From IMG/VR virus record IMGVR_UViG_3300042475_004151: a DNA stretch of 64,000 bases. One strand, 5' to 3'. The translations under genes and the position numbers were made by a program. Of this stretch, positions 36,954-47,349 are shown piece by piece. The number at the start of each line of letters is the position of its first letter. The first letter of the stretch is position 1. The notes beneath the pieces were generated by a model. It saw only the letters and a program-made list of their open reading frames with translations, was not told the origin of the DNA and did not search any database. Source of the stretch: a virus.

Positions 36954-37407
36954 ATATAGCAGTATTTTTAGCGTGTTCCATGAATTCTACTCTCGCTATT
37001 TTAACTCTACCGCTTGTTTCCTCTTGAACAAATGTATTTAATTTCTCAAATATAAATTTAGCAAATTGTTCTGCTCCAACAGCTGGAATGACTCTAAGCT
37101 GAATTATACCTAGTTGATCCATTGTTTTAAATCCACCTATTCCAGGATCATCCTCTGCAATAATTGTAGTATGATCAAACATGTAGTCCATCCATTCTTT
37201 AGGATTCATATTATCAATAGTACCTTTAGCACGTTTCATACCTCCAAAGTCCCAAACCCAATTTTTTTCATCTAATTCACCTTCAAACCATACTCTAAAT
37301 GATACTCCATAACCGTGGAGAAAACGACAGTGTGTACCTTCTGCTTTCCATTGACGAAACACACAACTAAATCCGTCAAATAATTTTGTTGATTGAAATT
37401 TACTCAT
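36943..37407 (-). CDS. queD: 6-carboxy-5,6,7,8-tetrahydropterin synthase
   Basis: HCRFLHGY, WVWDFG, FDHT, AEQFA, terminal E..KNTAIY. Confidence 0.9.
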   Translation of the reverse strand: MSKFQSTKLFDGFSCVFRQWKAEGTHCRFLHGYGVSFRVWFEGELDEKNWVWDFGGMKRAKGTIDNMNPKEWMDYMFDHTTIIAEDDPGIGGFKTMDQLGIIQLRVIPAVGAEQFAKFIFEKLNTFVQEETSGRVKIARVEFMEHAKNTAIYEG

Positions 37408-37410
37408 ATA

Positions 37411-37893
37411 CTATATTTTTTTAGATCTTCCGCGTTTTTGTTTAGTTCTAAAACTGTAATTTGTTTTTATTAATATATATAATTCTTTTAAGGTACCCTC
37501 GAAATCTTCCATTTTTCTTTCTAAGTCTTCTTTTTCTATTTCAAATATACTAGTTATAGATTTAATATAATTTTCTAAACGTTGTGGTTCATCTTTTTCA
37601 AAATCATTCATTAATCGTCTCCAGCGTTCTCTATATATTGATTGTGATTCATGTCTACTAGCAGGATCAACAATATGTCCTGTTTTTTCTTCCATTTCAT
37701 GAATAGCATATTGTGCCTGCCAATAATATGAAGAAAAATCAAAATCTCCATTATCAATCCTAGCATGTAATGCATCTTTGGATGATAATGGAGACTTCTC
37801 TTTAAATTTTCTCCACCAAAAGAATTGGTTGTATTTAATAGCCTGTAATTTGGCTATTTCTCTATTAACAGTTTCTATAGAATGTTTCACCAT
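37411..37893 (-). CDS. Hypothetical protein
   Basis: YNQFFWWR...IDNGDFD. Confidence 0.6.
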   Translation of the reverse strand: MVKHSIETVNREIAKLQAIKYNQFFWWRKFKEKSPLSSKDALHARIDNGDFDFSSYYWQAQYAIHEMEEKTGHIVDPASRHESQSIYRERWRRLMNDFEKDEPQRLENYIKSITSIFEIEKEDLERKMEDFEGTLKELYILIKTNYSFRTKQKRGRSKKI

Positions 37894-37918
37894 AACCTTT
37901 ATTATTAATTAAATATAA

Positions 37919-38104
<186 letters not shown>

Positions 38105-38170
38105 CTATTTGTTTTAATACTATAATATAAGCTGTTAACTATATTTTGTACTAGATTATCACTTTTCATT

Positions 38171-40021
38171 TTATACTATCTCACAAGCGCCTCCAGCACA
38201 CGCGGCTTGGTCCATTAACGCTGTATCATCGCTAAATTCAACAATCTTACTTAAATCAATATTATGTAAATATTTAGCCATTTCATCAAATTGTTCTTTA
38301 GTAATATCTTCAAATGGTGCTTGAGTATAAGTACCTCCAAAATAAGGTAATACTGATAGTCCATTAAATGTTTCTTTATTTTCCCACATCCATTTGCCTA
38401 CTTGTTCCCACTCACCTTCTTGAATTGATACAGTCGCTGATACGTTGTTTGTATTTGCTCCTTTGCGATGACCTTTTTTAACCCACTGTACATTAAATTT
38501 CTTAGTACGCTCAAGCATATCAAGTACATTTTCAGTTCTTAAAATAGAACCTTCTGGTGCTTGTTGAGGTACTGAAATTACAGCTTGTATTGTTGGTTTA
38601 AAGAAATCATCTTCAACTAGTTCAGGATGGTTAATTGCAAGGTAAGAGTAAATTGCTTCATTTTTACCTACTCTGATTCTACGAATATAGTAATCATTAT
38701 GCCAAGCATGAATTCCAGATGCAGTTCCTAATACTAATGAACTAGTACCTGATGGTTTAACTGTAGTCACACGAGATGCTTTGTTTACTTTTATAATATC
38801 AGCAACACGAGTATTTTCTTCTTTAGCTAAATCAGCTGCTTTCTTTAAATCATAATTCAAGATAACTCCAGAACCAATACCTGTCATCCCAACACCTAAT
38901 AAAGCTTCTTTTTCAGTTGTTTTTTGCCATACTTCTCTTAAGTAATGGAAATCAGTATATGCTGCTTGTAAAGTTCCAATAAAAGAACCTACACGTACTC
39001 TTTCGTTTAAATCTTCTTGTGATTCAATATTTGAAACATTTACTTCACATAGATTACAGAATTGGAAAGCTTTAAGAGCAATCTCACAACATGGATTTGT
39101 TCCCCACTCTTTATCATTACTAAAATAAATACCTGGTTCACCTGAGTTACTTAATTCAATTTTTTTCCATAATTTGAAAAATTCACTTTCAGTAATTTTA
39201 TGACGCATAACTACAGCTGAGTTATTTGCTCTTCCACGTTGTGGATTTTGTTCCCACCAATTTCCAAACTTACAAGTTAACATATCTTCATCATCTAAAT
39301 TAAATAATGAAATTAATGCTGCTCTTCTAATACCTCCTGATAGTACTGCATCTGCAATATGGCAAGCCATATCATGAGCATCTATTGATGTTAGTTTATC
39401 ACCATTTTTCTTACGTTCAAATACCTTTTGTAAATTAAATAAACATTCTTTTAATGGTTCAGGGCCAGGTGCTTTACCACCTACAGTAATTAACTGAGCG
39501 CCTTTAGCTCTAATATCTCTAAAGTCAAATGTTGGAAGTGGAGCTCCTTGAAAATATGCTTTACAAAGCATTCTAACAGCATCAGCCCATCCTTCAATAC
39601 TATCACCTACTAAATATCTTTTATGTTTAGTTGGTACTTTAATTTCAGGCAAATTATCTATATGATGTGTTTGTACACTATATCCTACTCCACATCCACT
39701 TAATAGTAAGAACATTATTTCGCTAAAAGCACGCCAATCATCGAGAGGCAAAAAAGAACAATTAAATATACGAGCATTATTAAGCTCAATGGGCTTACCC
39801 GCGAACTGTAATGAGCGCATAGATGGTAAAACTTTTTTATCATATACTAATTTATAAGCATTTTCAATTTCATCTTTTAATTGGGGGAACTTTACTTGAT
39901 GCATTTCTTTGTTTCTTGTTACTAACTCTTCCCATGTTTCTCTTCTGTTTAATTCTGGTCTATACTTAGCATACTTCATATAAGTAGTTATTTCGCTAAG
40001 GATACTCTGTGTTACATCCAT
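38171..40021 (-). CDS. nrdJ: Class II (B12-dependent) ribonucleotide reductase
   Basis: RRETW, FNCSF, TNPCCEI, CNLCEVN, TTVKPSGT, C-terminal ACAGGACEIV. Confidence 0.93.
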   Translation of the reverse strand: MDVTQSILSEITTYMKYAKYRPELNRRETWEELVTRNKEMHQVKFPQLKDEIENAYKLVYDKKVLPSMRSLQFAGKPIELNNARIFNCSFLPLDDWRAFSEIMFLLLSGCGVGYSVQTHHIDNLPEIKVPTKHKRYLVGDSIEGWADAVRMLCKAYFQGAPLPTFDFRDIRAKGAQLITVGGKAPGPEPLKECLFNLQKVFERKKNGDKLTSIDAHDMACHIADAVLSGGIRRAALISLFNLDDEDMLTCKFGNWWEQNPQRGRANNSAVVMRHKITESEFFKLWKKIELSNSGEPGIYFSNDKEWGTNPCCEIALKAFQFCNLCEVNVSNIESQEDLNERVRVGSFIGTLQAAYTDFHYLREVWQKTTEKEALLGVGMTGIGSGVILNYDLKKAADLAKEENTRVADIIKVNKASRVTTVKPSGTSSLVLGTASGIHAWHNDYYIRRIRVGKNEAIYSYLAINHPELVEDDFFKPTIQAVISVPQQAPEGSILRTENVLDMLERTKKFNVQWVKKGHRKGANTNNVSATVSIQEGEWEQVGKWMWENKETFNGLSVLPYFGGTYTQAPFEDITKEQFDEMAKYLHNIDLSKIVEFSDDTALMDQAACAGGACEIV

Positions 40022-40092
40022 TTTTTGTTATTTAATAGTTAAGTGTATGATGTCATAGTCATTTTCATGACTTTTTATTTTTTAATAAATCT

Positions 40093-40356
40093 TTAAAGTA
40101 ATCGACTGTCTAGTTCAGTCATGTTGATATACAGCATAAAATCTTCAAATATATCTTTAGGAACACCATCTAATGAATTAGAATGTTCTTGAAGAAGTGT
40201 TGATGAAACTGTATTACTTGTATTCTCTAAAATCAATGAATTGAATTTATTAAATACTTCAATCATTAATGTGTTTTCAGTATAGTCACCGAAATCTTCA
40301 TTGTCTTGAAGATATTGATCCATTAATTTTTCTATTCGTTTTTTAGAGAACTCCAT
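40093..40356 (-). CDS. Hypothetical acidic protein
   Basis: Overlaps the upstream gene. Confidence 0.5.
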   Translation of the reverse strand: MEFSKKRIEKLMDQYLQDNEDFGDYTENTLMIEVFNKFNSLILENTSNTVSSTLLQEHSNSLDGVPKDIFEDFMLYINMTELDSRLL

Positions 40357-40831
40357 TTTTGTAAAGTTTTTTTACTTCTTTAATTATATATCTGGTTAAT
40401 TTTATAACTGTTTCTTTTAGCTTTTGTAACAAAGCTTTTTTCTGTTGTCCTATACGTAATCCTTCAAATGGAACACTAACATTCTTCATTTGGGGTTCTA
40501 AATATTGACGATAGGCCATTCCTGCTAGAAAAATGAATTTATCTTTTTGGAGATTGTAACCTTTTTGTTCTAATTGTTTTTTAACAACTTCAGACCACGC
40601 CTCACGATCAGGTGCTGGTAGATCTTTTAATGTTAAATTATATGGTGCTATGGTTTTATTTAGTGGTACTAAATGGTACTTAGCAGATATAATATATATA
40701 TGATTTGAGGGTGCTAATTTTTTAGCATATTCTAATTGTTTTTTAAACAAATCAGAATTATATAATTTTTCGGCAGGCATTGACTTTTCTTCTTTACCTG
40801 CGGAACATGAAACTAATACAACTGTACTCAT
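40343..40831 (-). CDS. DUF6884-like protein (start probably MSTVVLVSC at 40831)
   Basis: VSCSAGK...PAEKLY.S.LF...IISAKYHLV...PYNLTL...LAG..Y...GLRIGQQ; an ATATTTAT motif lies just upstream of 40831. Confidence 0.7.
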   Translation of the reverse strand: MSTVVLVSCSAGKEEKSMPAEKLYNSDLFKKQLEYAKKLAPSNHIYIISAKYHLVPLNKTIAPYNLTLKDLPAPDREAWSEVVKKQLEQKGYNLQKDKFIFLAGMAYRQYLEPQMKNVSVPFEGLRIGQQKKALLQKLKETVIKLTRYIIKEVKKLYKNGVL

Positions 40832-40850
40832 GGGTATAAATATGGATAAA

Positions 40851-42221
40851 TTAACTATTGTTATTAAGTTCAAAAAACTTTTTCTTTAAAATATCACGAT
40901 CTACTGAGTCAAAATTATCATTTAATTTAGTTGGTTTTTCACGTTCTAGTGTTTCTTCATCTAGTTCATTATTATCAATATGTATATGGCCTGTAGAAGT
41001 GTCTATGACAGCTGAATAAGTTATACCATCCATTCCATATCTATTTTTCATGACATGGAATCTACCTGTACCACCTGCTTTGTCTTGACGTCGACGTGAT
41101 AATGATAATGCAAAATCAGTAATCATCATTTTATTGTATGAACCTGCTGCTTTATCACCTTCAATAATATTATCGTTAGCACCAGCTCTATTAACCTGAC
41201 TAACACTCCATATTGGTAAATTTAATTCACGTGCTAAACCTTTAGTAGCCATATATACATCATCAATTTCTTCTTTACGTTCTTTACTTGATCTATCAGC
41301 GCGTAATAAATCAATATAATCTATAAGGATTAAATCAGGTGACTGATCTAAATCTCTACATTTCTGTATATGTGATTCAATAGTACTTATAGTCGCTTTA
41401 CCCATCGGATATTCTTTAATAACCAACTTACCGGATAAATTAGATACAACAGATTCAACGTTTTTTCTATGTTCTTGAATTGTATTAACTGGTATATTAG
41501 TGAAACAAGCATCATACCTTTTACCAACATAAGCTTCACTTAATTCAAGTGTGTAATGATTAACATTAAATCCAGCTTGTATAGCCGCTGCTCCTAAGGC
41601 AACTAATGACCAACTTTTTCCACCTCCTGGACCTCCAAATATTAATCCAAGATCACCACCACCCAAACCACCTTGTAATAAACCATTTATAACAGGCCAA
41701 GGTGTAGCAATTGGATTTCTATATTCTTCACGATATCTATCTTCAACATCCTTTTCATACTCATGACCTAAATTTTTATCCATTCCTGCTTTTAAAGCAT
41801 TATCAACAAGCGCTCTAATATCATCATACATACCTGATTGTAGTAAATCAACTGATGTTAATAGTGCTTTTTTTAATTGTTGATTTTTACAAAAATTACT
41901 AAATTCAGCTTCAACATAATCAGCATCTTCATTTGATGTTTTATAAGCTTCTTTAAGTTGTTCTACTACTGTTGTTTTTAATACTTCATTCTCAATCTTT
42001 TTTACTTCAATATGAAGTATATCAAGTGTTGGAGTTGCATGCCATTTATCAAAATATTTAGTGATAGTTTCTACTAACCATTGATGTGCTTGATTATCAA
42101 AGTAATCTGGTGTTACTACATCTCGAATATTAAGTAGAAATTTTTTATTTTTTAAAAGTGAACTAATCACCTTAGTTTGAAAATTCAAACCATATTGGTT
42201 TAATTTTGAAAATGTTGTCAT
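40851..42221 (-). CDS. Replicative helicase (DnaB / T4 gp41-like)
   Basis: GGPGGGKS, YTLEL, ILIDYIDLL, SQVNR, KNRYG. Confidence 0.93.
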   Translation of the reverse strand: MTTFSKLNQYGLNFQTKVISSLLKNKKFLLNIRDVVTPDYFDNQAHQWLVETITKYFDKWHATPTLDILHIEVKKIENEVLKTTVVEQLKEAYKTSNEDADYVEAEFSNFCKNQQLKKALLTSVDLLQSGMYDDIRALVDNALKAGMDKNLGHEYEKDVEDRYREEYRNPIATPWPVINGLLQGGLGGGDLGLIFGGPGGGKSWSLVALGAAAIQAGFNVNHYTLELSEAYVGKRYDACFTNIPVNTIQEHRKNVESVVSNLSGKLVIKEYPMGKATISTIESHIQKCRDLDQSPDLILIDYIDLLRADRSSKERKEEIDDVYMATKGLARELNLPIWSVSQVNRAGANDNIIEGDKAAGSYNKMMITDFALSLSRRRQDKAGGTGRFHVMKNRYGMDGITYSAVIDTSTGHIHIDNNELDEETLEREKPTKLNDNFDSVDRDILKKKFFELNNNS

Positions 42222-42224
42222 AAC

Positions 42225-43259
42225 TTATTTTGTTTTATATACTTGAAGATAGCTAAATATTTCTGAAAGCCAAACTTCTACATTAGGTATTGAATTACCA
42301 AGCTTATCTTCATTGTACAGCTTTAAAAAATGTAACTTATCTATTTTATTAGGTTCATTATGTATTACTTCTTCTATCTCAATAATACTATTCTCAGGCA
42401 TAATTGGATCTGATAGATCCATTAATTCTTGATTTATAAGTAATTGTTTTTTAAAATTAACAATATTACCATACAAACCATGTTCATTAACTAATTCTGT
42501 AGATTTTTCTAAAATACTCTCTAAAGTAACAGCGTTGGTACTTTCTAATTCAGGAAATAATTTAAATAATTTTTTAGGTCCTAATCCTTTTACACCGGGT
42601 ATATTATCTGAATTGTCACCCATTAGTATTTTTTGGTTAAGATAATTATATGCTTCTAAACCATATTCTTCTTTAACTAACTTAGGTGTATAAAACTTTT
42701 TCTTAATAGGAGAATATACTGTTACTTTAGGAGTTACTAATTGTAAGAAATCTTGATCTGCTGACATGATATAAACTTCATCTTCAACTCTTTTAGTTAT
42801 GTATCCGATAACATCATCCGCTTCTACTTTATCAATAGATAGTAAACCAACAGGTAAACATCTTAGATATTGAACTAAACGTACTAATTGATTTTCAATT
42901 GATTCAGACTCATCATCTTTATCATTAAATCCATCCCAATTAGTTATACGTTGAATTTTTCTATGAGCTTTATACTCAGGAAATAAATTCTTCTTATTAG
43001 TAGTACTGCCTGTACCATCAAATACTAGAATTACTCTAGTAGGTTTAATATGCCTAATAGCAAAACCAATTGATTTTAGAAAACCAGTGAGCCCACCAAT
43101 GTGGGCTCCACTAGGATTCATATGGTTAATCATGGCGAAACTCCTAAGAAATGTATTCATAGAGTCTATAAGAAGTACTCTACTATTTAAATGTAAAGGT
43201 TCGTCTTTGGCACTTGTTATACCATCAAGCATCTGCTTGAACATTTTATTCTTCGTCAT
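42225..43259 (-). CDS. 5'-3' exonuclease / flap endonuclease (T4 RNase H-like)
   Basis: LIDSMN, VFDG, YKAHR, EADDVI, SADQDF, GDNSDNIPGVKGLGPK. Confidence 0.93.
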   Translation of the reverse strand: MTKNKMFKQMLDGITSAKDEPLHLNSRVLLIDSMNTFLRSFAMINHMNPSGAHIGGLTGFLKSIGFAIRHIKPTRVILVFDGTGSTTNKKNLFPEYKAHRKIQRITNWDGFNDKDDESESIENQLVRLVQYLRCLPVGLLSIDKVEADDVIGYITKRVEDEVYIMSADQDFLQLVTPKVTVYSPIKKKFYTPKLVKEEYGLEAYNYLNQKILMGDNSDNIPGVKGLGPKKLFKLFPELESTNAVTLESILEKSTELVNEHGLYGNIVNFKKQLLINQELMDLSDPIMPENSIIEIEEVIHNEPNKIDKLHFLKLYNEDKLGNSIPNVEVWLSEIFSYLQVYKTK

Positions 43260-44349
43260 TATCTATTTCTATTGTAGGTGAAATACTGATACTTTCTTCC
43301 CATTCACTATTATCTTCAGTAATTTTTAATTCATCCACATTAGTTATAGATTCTGAAAACCACTCATGAGCGTGTTGTTTTTTATATTCTTTTGTAGCAT
43401 CTGGATCATCTTCAATAAAACCATGTGGTGTTACTATAACAGTTGATGATGTAGCTACTCCACAATCAGCGTGAATTTTATCTATAGATACTTTTGTACG
43501 TTTAGCAAACTCAACTTTTTTACCTTTATGTTGAGCATGTATTTTAGATGTACCACTATTAGTCACATTACCAAATGTAATTACAATTGAAGCGTCCCAA
43601 TACATTGTATTACCACCTTTATTAGTCATTCTTGGTTGACTCATAGGTGTAAGTGCTGGTTGAACTCCTACTTTATTAATTACAAAAAATGTATTTGTGA
43701 ATTGTGAGTTATCTTTACGAGACATTGGAAACTTTTGATTAATAAAGTTACCAAACTGTGTTGACATGGCACCCGCGTTCCACATCGGATTGTTTTTACC
43801 TTGTTCGATACTTAAATCACATGGTATAGAACCTACTGAATCCCATAGAAACAATAAATCATGAGGTAAATTACCTTTCTTTTGTTCATCTAAAATATCA
43901 GCTATGAACGCTGATACATCTTCAATTGAATTTAAAGATGATCTATCAACATAAAGAAAGAAACCACTATAATTCATTACTTCGCCTGTTGCTTCATCTG
44001 GAATTGCATTACATTGAAATCCCATTTTTTGAGCATGAATGAAATCCCATTTCATCTCAGTGATGATAAACACAGGCAATATACCCATCTTTTGAGCAGC
44101 GACAGCTGTCTCAATCAATAGTGTTGTTTTACCTGTATCTGAACCACCTCTAGCTATTGTGATATGACCCATTGGTATACCAGGTATAGATAAAGTGTCC
44201 TGCATCGCTGGTGAAAATGGGATCCACTTCTGCGTCTTAAAATTTGATGACTGATCCAGCTTTTTTGTTTTCTTGAATTTATCAAGATCAAATGTACCCT
44301 TAATTGCTTGAGAAACACTTGTATTTACACTTTTAGCTGATTTAGCCAT
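43246..44349 (-). CDS. RecA/UvsX-like recombinase
   Basis: GIPMGHI..GGSDTGKTT, FLWDSVGS, INKV, KGG. Confidence 0.85.
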   Translation of the reverse strand: MAKSAKSVNTSVSQAIKGTFDLDKFKKTKKLDQSSNFKTQKWIPFSPAMQDTLSIPGIPMGHITIARGGSDTGKTTLLIETAVAAQKMGILPVFIITEMKWDFIHAQKMGFQCNAIPDEATGEVMNYSGFFLYVDRSSLNSIEDVSAFIADILDEQKKGNLPHDLLFLWDSVGSIPCDLSIEQGKNNPMWNAGAMSTQFGNFINQKFPMSRKDNSQFTNTFFVINKVGVQPALTPMSQPRMTNKGGNTMYWDASIVITFGNVTNSGTSKIHAQHKGKKVEFAKRTKVSIDKIHADCGVATSSTVIVTPHGFIEDDPDATKEYKKQHAHEWFSESITNVDELKITEDNSEWEESISISPTIEIDNDEE

Positions 44350-44354
44350 AATAA

Positions 44355-45161
44355 TTATTTATTAAAAAGTTCATCAAATTCATTCTCGTCAAATCCTTTT
44401 TTCTTAGTATTTAACGCATAATTAGTCTTAGGTGATTCTACTACTGGTGTGTCTGTAACTTCGTCAGTTGTTTCTTCTTCAGTAGTTGTTTCTTCACTTG
44501 GTTCTAACCATTCCATCAACATGTTTTTCATTTCATCAAACTCATATTTCTTATAGAGTTCAAGTACATCTGGTTGTTCACTAATCCATTTTTTAATGGC
44601 TTCATTATCATCAGATAATCCTGATGTTTTTGGTTTAATACGAACTGATGATTTATTGAATTTAGTACCTGTAACTTCAGGACCAACAGTATCGATTGTT
44701 AAATCTCTACCATCCATAATATCAGTGTAATCTCCAATATCCTCATCTTCAGCAATACCTAATAGTTCAAGATACATTTCCCTACCAAACTGCCATAGAC
44801 GAACACCTTTATCTTCTTCGCCTCTAACAATAACAGGAACAAATATCCTCATTTTAGGACTAATTTTCTTAGCTAATGACCAATTTTCCTTGTCACTAGT
44901 TTTTCTTAACTGAGATGCAAATTCAACAATTGGATCTTTTTCACCAAAGTTAGTTAACGATAACATTGTTTTGTTTCCAATACCATAATGAAACATCACT
45001 TCTCTAAACGGATTAGCTTTGTTAAATTTGGATGGAACAATACGAATTACTGCTTTGCCAATAGGTGGAGCCCAAAATGTCTTAGTACGATCTTCTTTAA
45101 TGAAGCCGCCTTTTTTGTTTTGCAACGATTGCATACGTTGCTTAATTTGATTTAAATCCAT
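44355..45161 (-). CDS. Single-stranded DNA-binding protein (T4 gp32-like)
   Basis: FW.P..G...IRIVP, GVRLWQFG, D..DGRD, acidic tail ending FDELFNK. Confidence 0.85.
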   Translation of the reverse strand: MDLNQIKQRMQSLQNKKGGFIKEDRTKTFWAPPIGKAVIRIVPSKFNKANPFREVMFHYGIGNKTMLSLTNFGEKDPIVEFASQLRKTSDKENWSLAKKISPKMRIFVPVIVRGEEDKGVRLWQFGREMYLELLGIAEDEDIGDYTDIMDGRDLTIDTVGPEVTGTKFNKSSVRIKPKTSGLSDDNEAIKKWISEQPDVLELYKKYEFDEMKNMLMEWLEPSEETTTEEETTDEVTDTPVVESPKTNYALNTKKKGFDENEFDELFNK

Positions 45162-45187
45162 ATTATAACTGTTTATTTATTTATAAC

Positions 45188-45219
45188 TAAATATAGCATC
45201 AGAAAAATTAGAGGCCAAA
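45188..45219 (-). promoter_or_regulatory. Bacteroidota-type promoter TTTG-N20-TATATTTA upstream of ssb
   Basis: 20-nt spacer. Confidence 0.6.
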
Positions 45220-45254
45220 CCTAAGTTAACAAAAGCTTTCATTTCTAAAAGCTC

Positions 45255-45680
45255 TTAGTTAATATTAATTATTTTGTGAATTGTTGTTTCCAATTTTCTT
45301 AATTGGTCTGGACCTTGTGTGAGTAGAATTGTGTTGCGATAGTCGTTCCATTCTATTCTGTAATTAGGATCTGCATAACCATTATTTAAAGATTTAATTA
45401 ACGCGTTTAAAGCATTAATAGTATATAAAGTATTCGATTCTTTTTTACGATGTACTAATATAGTGTTAGGTAATACAGAAGTTGTACTCATATTACCTGG
45501 ATCAATATTATAAGTAAATATAACCTCGTCACTATCTTTTGATTCTAAAATAAAAATTTTATTATATAGAATAGAGTAGCGACCAGTTATAATGTCTAAC
45601 GTTTGATCTATGTCTTCTTTCTTTGCGAAAGTTCCGAATAACTTATTGGCCAATTCTTGTATGGTTATATTATATTCCAT
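45255..45680 (-). CDS. Conserved phage hypothetical protein
   Basis: NTILVHRKKESNTLYTINALN. Confidence 0.65.
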   Translation of the reverse strand: MEYNITIQELANKLFGTFAKKEDIDQTLDIITGRYSILYNKIFILESKDSDEVIFTYNIDPGNMSTTSVLPNTILVHRKKESNTLYTINALNALIKSLNNGYADPNYRIEWNDYRNTILLTQGPDQLRKLETTIHKIININ

Positions 45681-45687
45681 AAATATG

Positions 45688-46956
45688 TTATTTTTTTACT
45701 AAAGCGCCATAATTCTCGCCAACACTCATACGGGTTGGGAAACCATTAGCCTCTAGCTCTTGTTTAATTTTGGGTAATAATGTTTTAATATCTTCTTTAG
45801 CTACATCTAACAATATAGAATCATATGTGTATAATACTATTTTAGTTTTTTTACCATCTAGTAATTTTAACACACGTTCTAATGTTAATGTATTATAATA
45901 TGTTTCGTATGATTGGATTAAGTAACTTAATATTTTATTTTTATTTGGATTTTCTATTTTTATTTGTGGTATAGTAATACCTGAAGGTAATATTAAACTA
46001 TTAATATGTGTTGATTTGAATTCTTTCCATTTATTATCTAACCATTCATTTAATTTAGCAAAAAATGGAAACCAAGCATATTCATCTCTAATACCACCAT
46101 ATATGTTTTGGAACATAATTTCTTTAGGTACTTCATCATATGGTTCACCTTCAAATGTATAACCAATCATTTTAGCTATTATACGTGGATGGTAAGCACT
46201 GTAATCAAATTCAACAAAAACATAATTATTTGGTTCAAATGACTCACGTGCGCTACCCTTAGGTAAAGCGGCGTAATTAACGCCATTAAATGCGTTTGAC
46301 GGACGAGTAGTTAAATTATATAAATTGTATTGTGTATAAACTGTATTCCCGTAAATCGAATTATCTTTCCAAGTAGTTTCAAAATGTTTATTAAACTTAC
46401 GTGAATCAATACCTATACCACTTTTTTCAATCTGGTAAAATACTTCAGTAAACGTATTTAAAAATTCGTTTTTATGATTAGTGTAAAATTTAGAAAAATA
46501 TAATTTATCCTTTAAATGAGTATATATATTTTCCCATTTTTCATAATGTTTAGGTATGGGTATAAGTGAATTTAAATCATTTATATAATATTTTTGATTA
46601 TTAAAATCAGTATGTACTTTAGTATCAAATTGTGATTCATCAACATAATTAGTAAAATTAATATCTAATAAATTATCACCTGATAGAAAATATAAATGGT
46701 ATTTTTTATCTAAAACATAGACAGTGTCAATACTAGAAATAAATTCTTTAACTGTTTCCCAATCTAGCTTAAATGCTTCACTATGGTCTATAGGTAATAT
46801 ATAACCTTTATCTCCATCATTATAATACACCAAACATGGTTTAGTTAATGATGGATGACTATTATCATTTAATGTAGTGACATTAATAAAACAAGTATTG
46901 TTTTCTGGTTTACCTAAATGTTCAAGTTGTTCTTTTGTTTCGACTATATAAAACAT
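45688..46956 (-). CDS. Compact family A DNA polymerase-like protein
   Basis: TTRPSN, motif A FVEFDYSAYHPRII, motif B KEIMFQNIYG, YLIQS, motif C YTYDSILLD; only 422 aa. Confidence 0.8.
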   Translation of the reverse strand: MFYIVETKEQLEHLGKPENNTCFINVTTLNDNSHPSLTKPCLVYYNDGDKGYILPIDHSEAFKLDWETVKEFISSIDTVYVLDKKYHLYFLSGDNLLDINFTNYVDESQFDTKVHTDFNNQKYYINDLNSLIPIPKHYEKWENIYTHLKDKLYFSKFYTNHKNEFLNTFTEVFYQIEKSGIGIDSRKFNKHFETTWKDNSIYGNTVYTQYNLYNLTTRPSNAFNGVNYAALPKGSARESFEPNNYVFVEFDYSAYHPRIIAKMIGYTFEGEPYDEVPKEIMFQNIYGGIRDEYAWFPFFAKLNEWLDNKWKEFKSTHINSLILPSGITIPQIKIENPNKNKILSYLIQSYETYYNTLTLERVLKLLDGKKTKIVLYTYDSILLDVAKEDIKTLLPKIKQELEANGFPTRMSVGENYGALVKK

Positions 46957-46972
46957 AACCTTTATTATAGAT

Positions 46973-47004
46973 TAAATATATAGTTAAAAATCTAGATAAC
47001 CAAA
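46973..47004 (-). promoter_or_regulatory. Bacteroidota-type promoter TTTG-N20-TATATTTA upstream of the polA-like gene
   Basis: 20-nt spacer. Confidence 0.6.
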
Positions 47005-47349
47005 TCTTTATTTTAACAAACTATTTCTTGCGCTGTAAGTGCTCTATTAGTATTCGCTGTTACAACAAATGATCCTACACAAGATGTACTTGCTGCTGGA
47101 CATGTTGTATTTGTACTTGCGCCATGGAAGTAAGTATCACCACCAGAACCTGGATTAACTGCGTTATCAGCTACTTGATAGTATATTGTTGTACCATTAG
47201 CTATACTGACAGGACCATATTTAACTACACAACCTGTACCCATAGCTGATCCTCTTCTAGTCCAGTTAACATTATCAGTTGAAGTATATAATGCCGCTCC
47301 ACCTAGGAAAGTAACATCTGTTTTAGCGTAAATATTAACTGTAAATGTT
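46998..47349. repeat. 352-nt dispersed direct repeat, copy 1 (copy 2 at 63282..63633)
   Basis: Long identical blocks such as cttgcgctgtaagtgctctattagtattcgctgt and aggaccatatttaactacacaacctgtacccatagc. Confidence 0.92.

Noticed and set aside
32500-37420. preQ1 riboswitch upstream of the que genes
   Set aside because: Intergenic gaps are very short and no matching stem-loop with an A-rich tail was seen.
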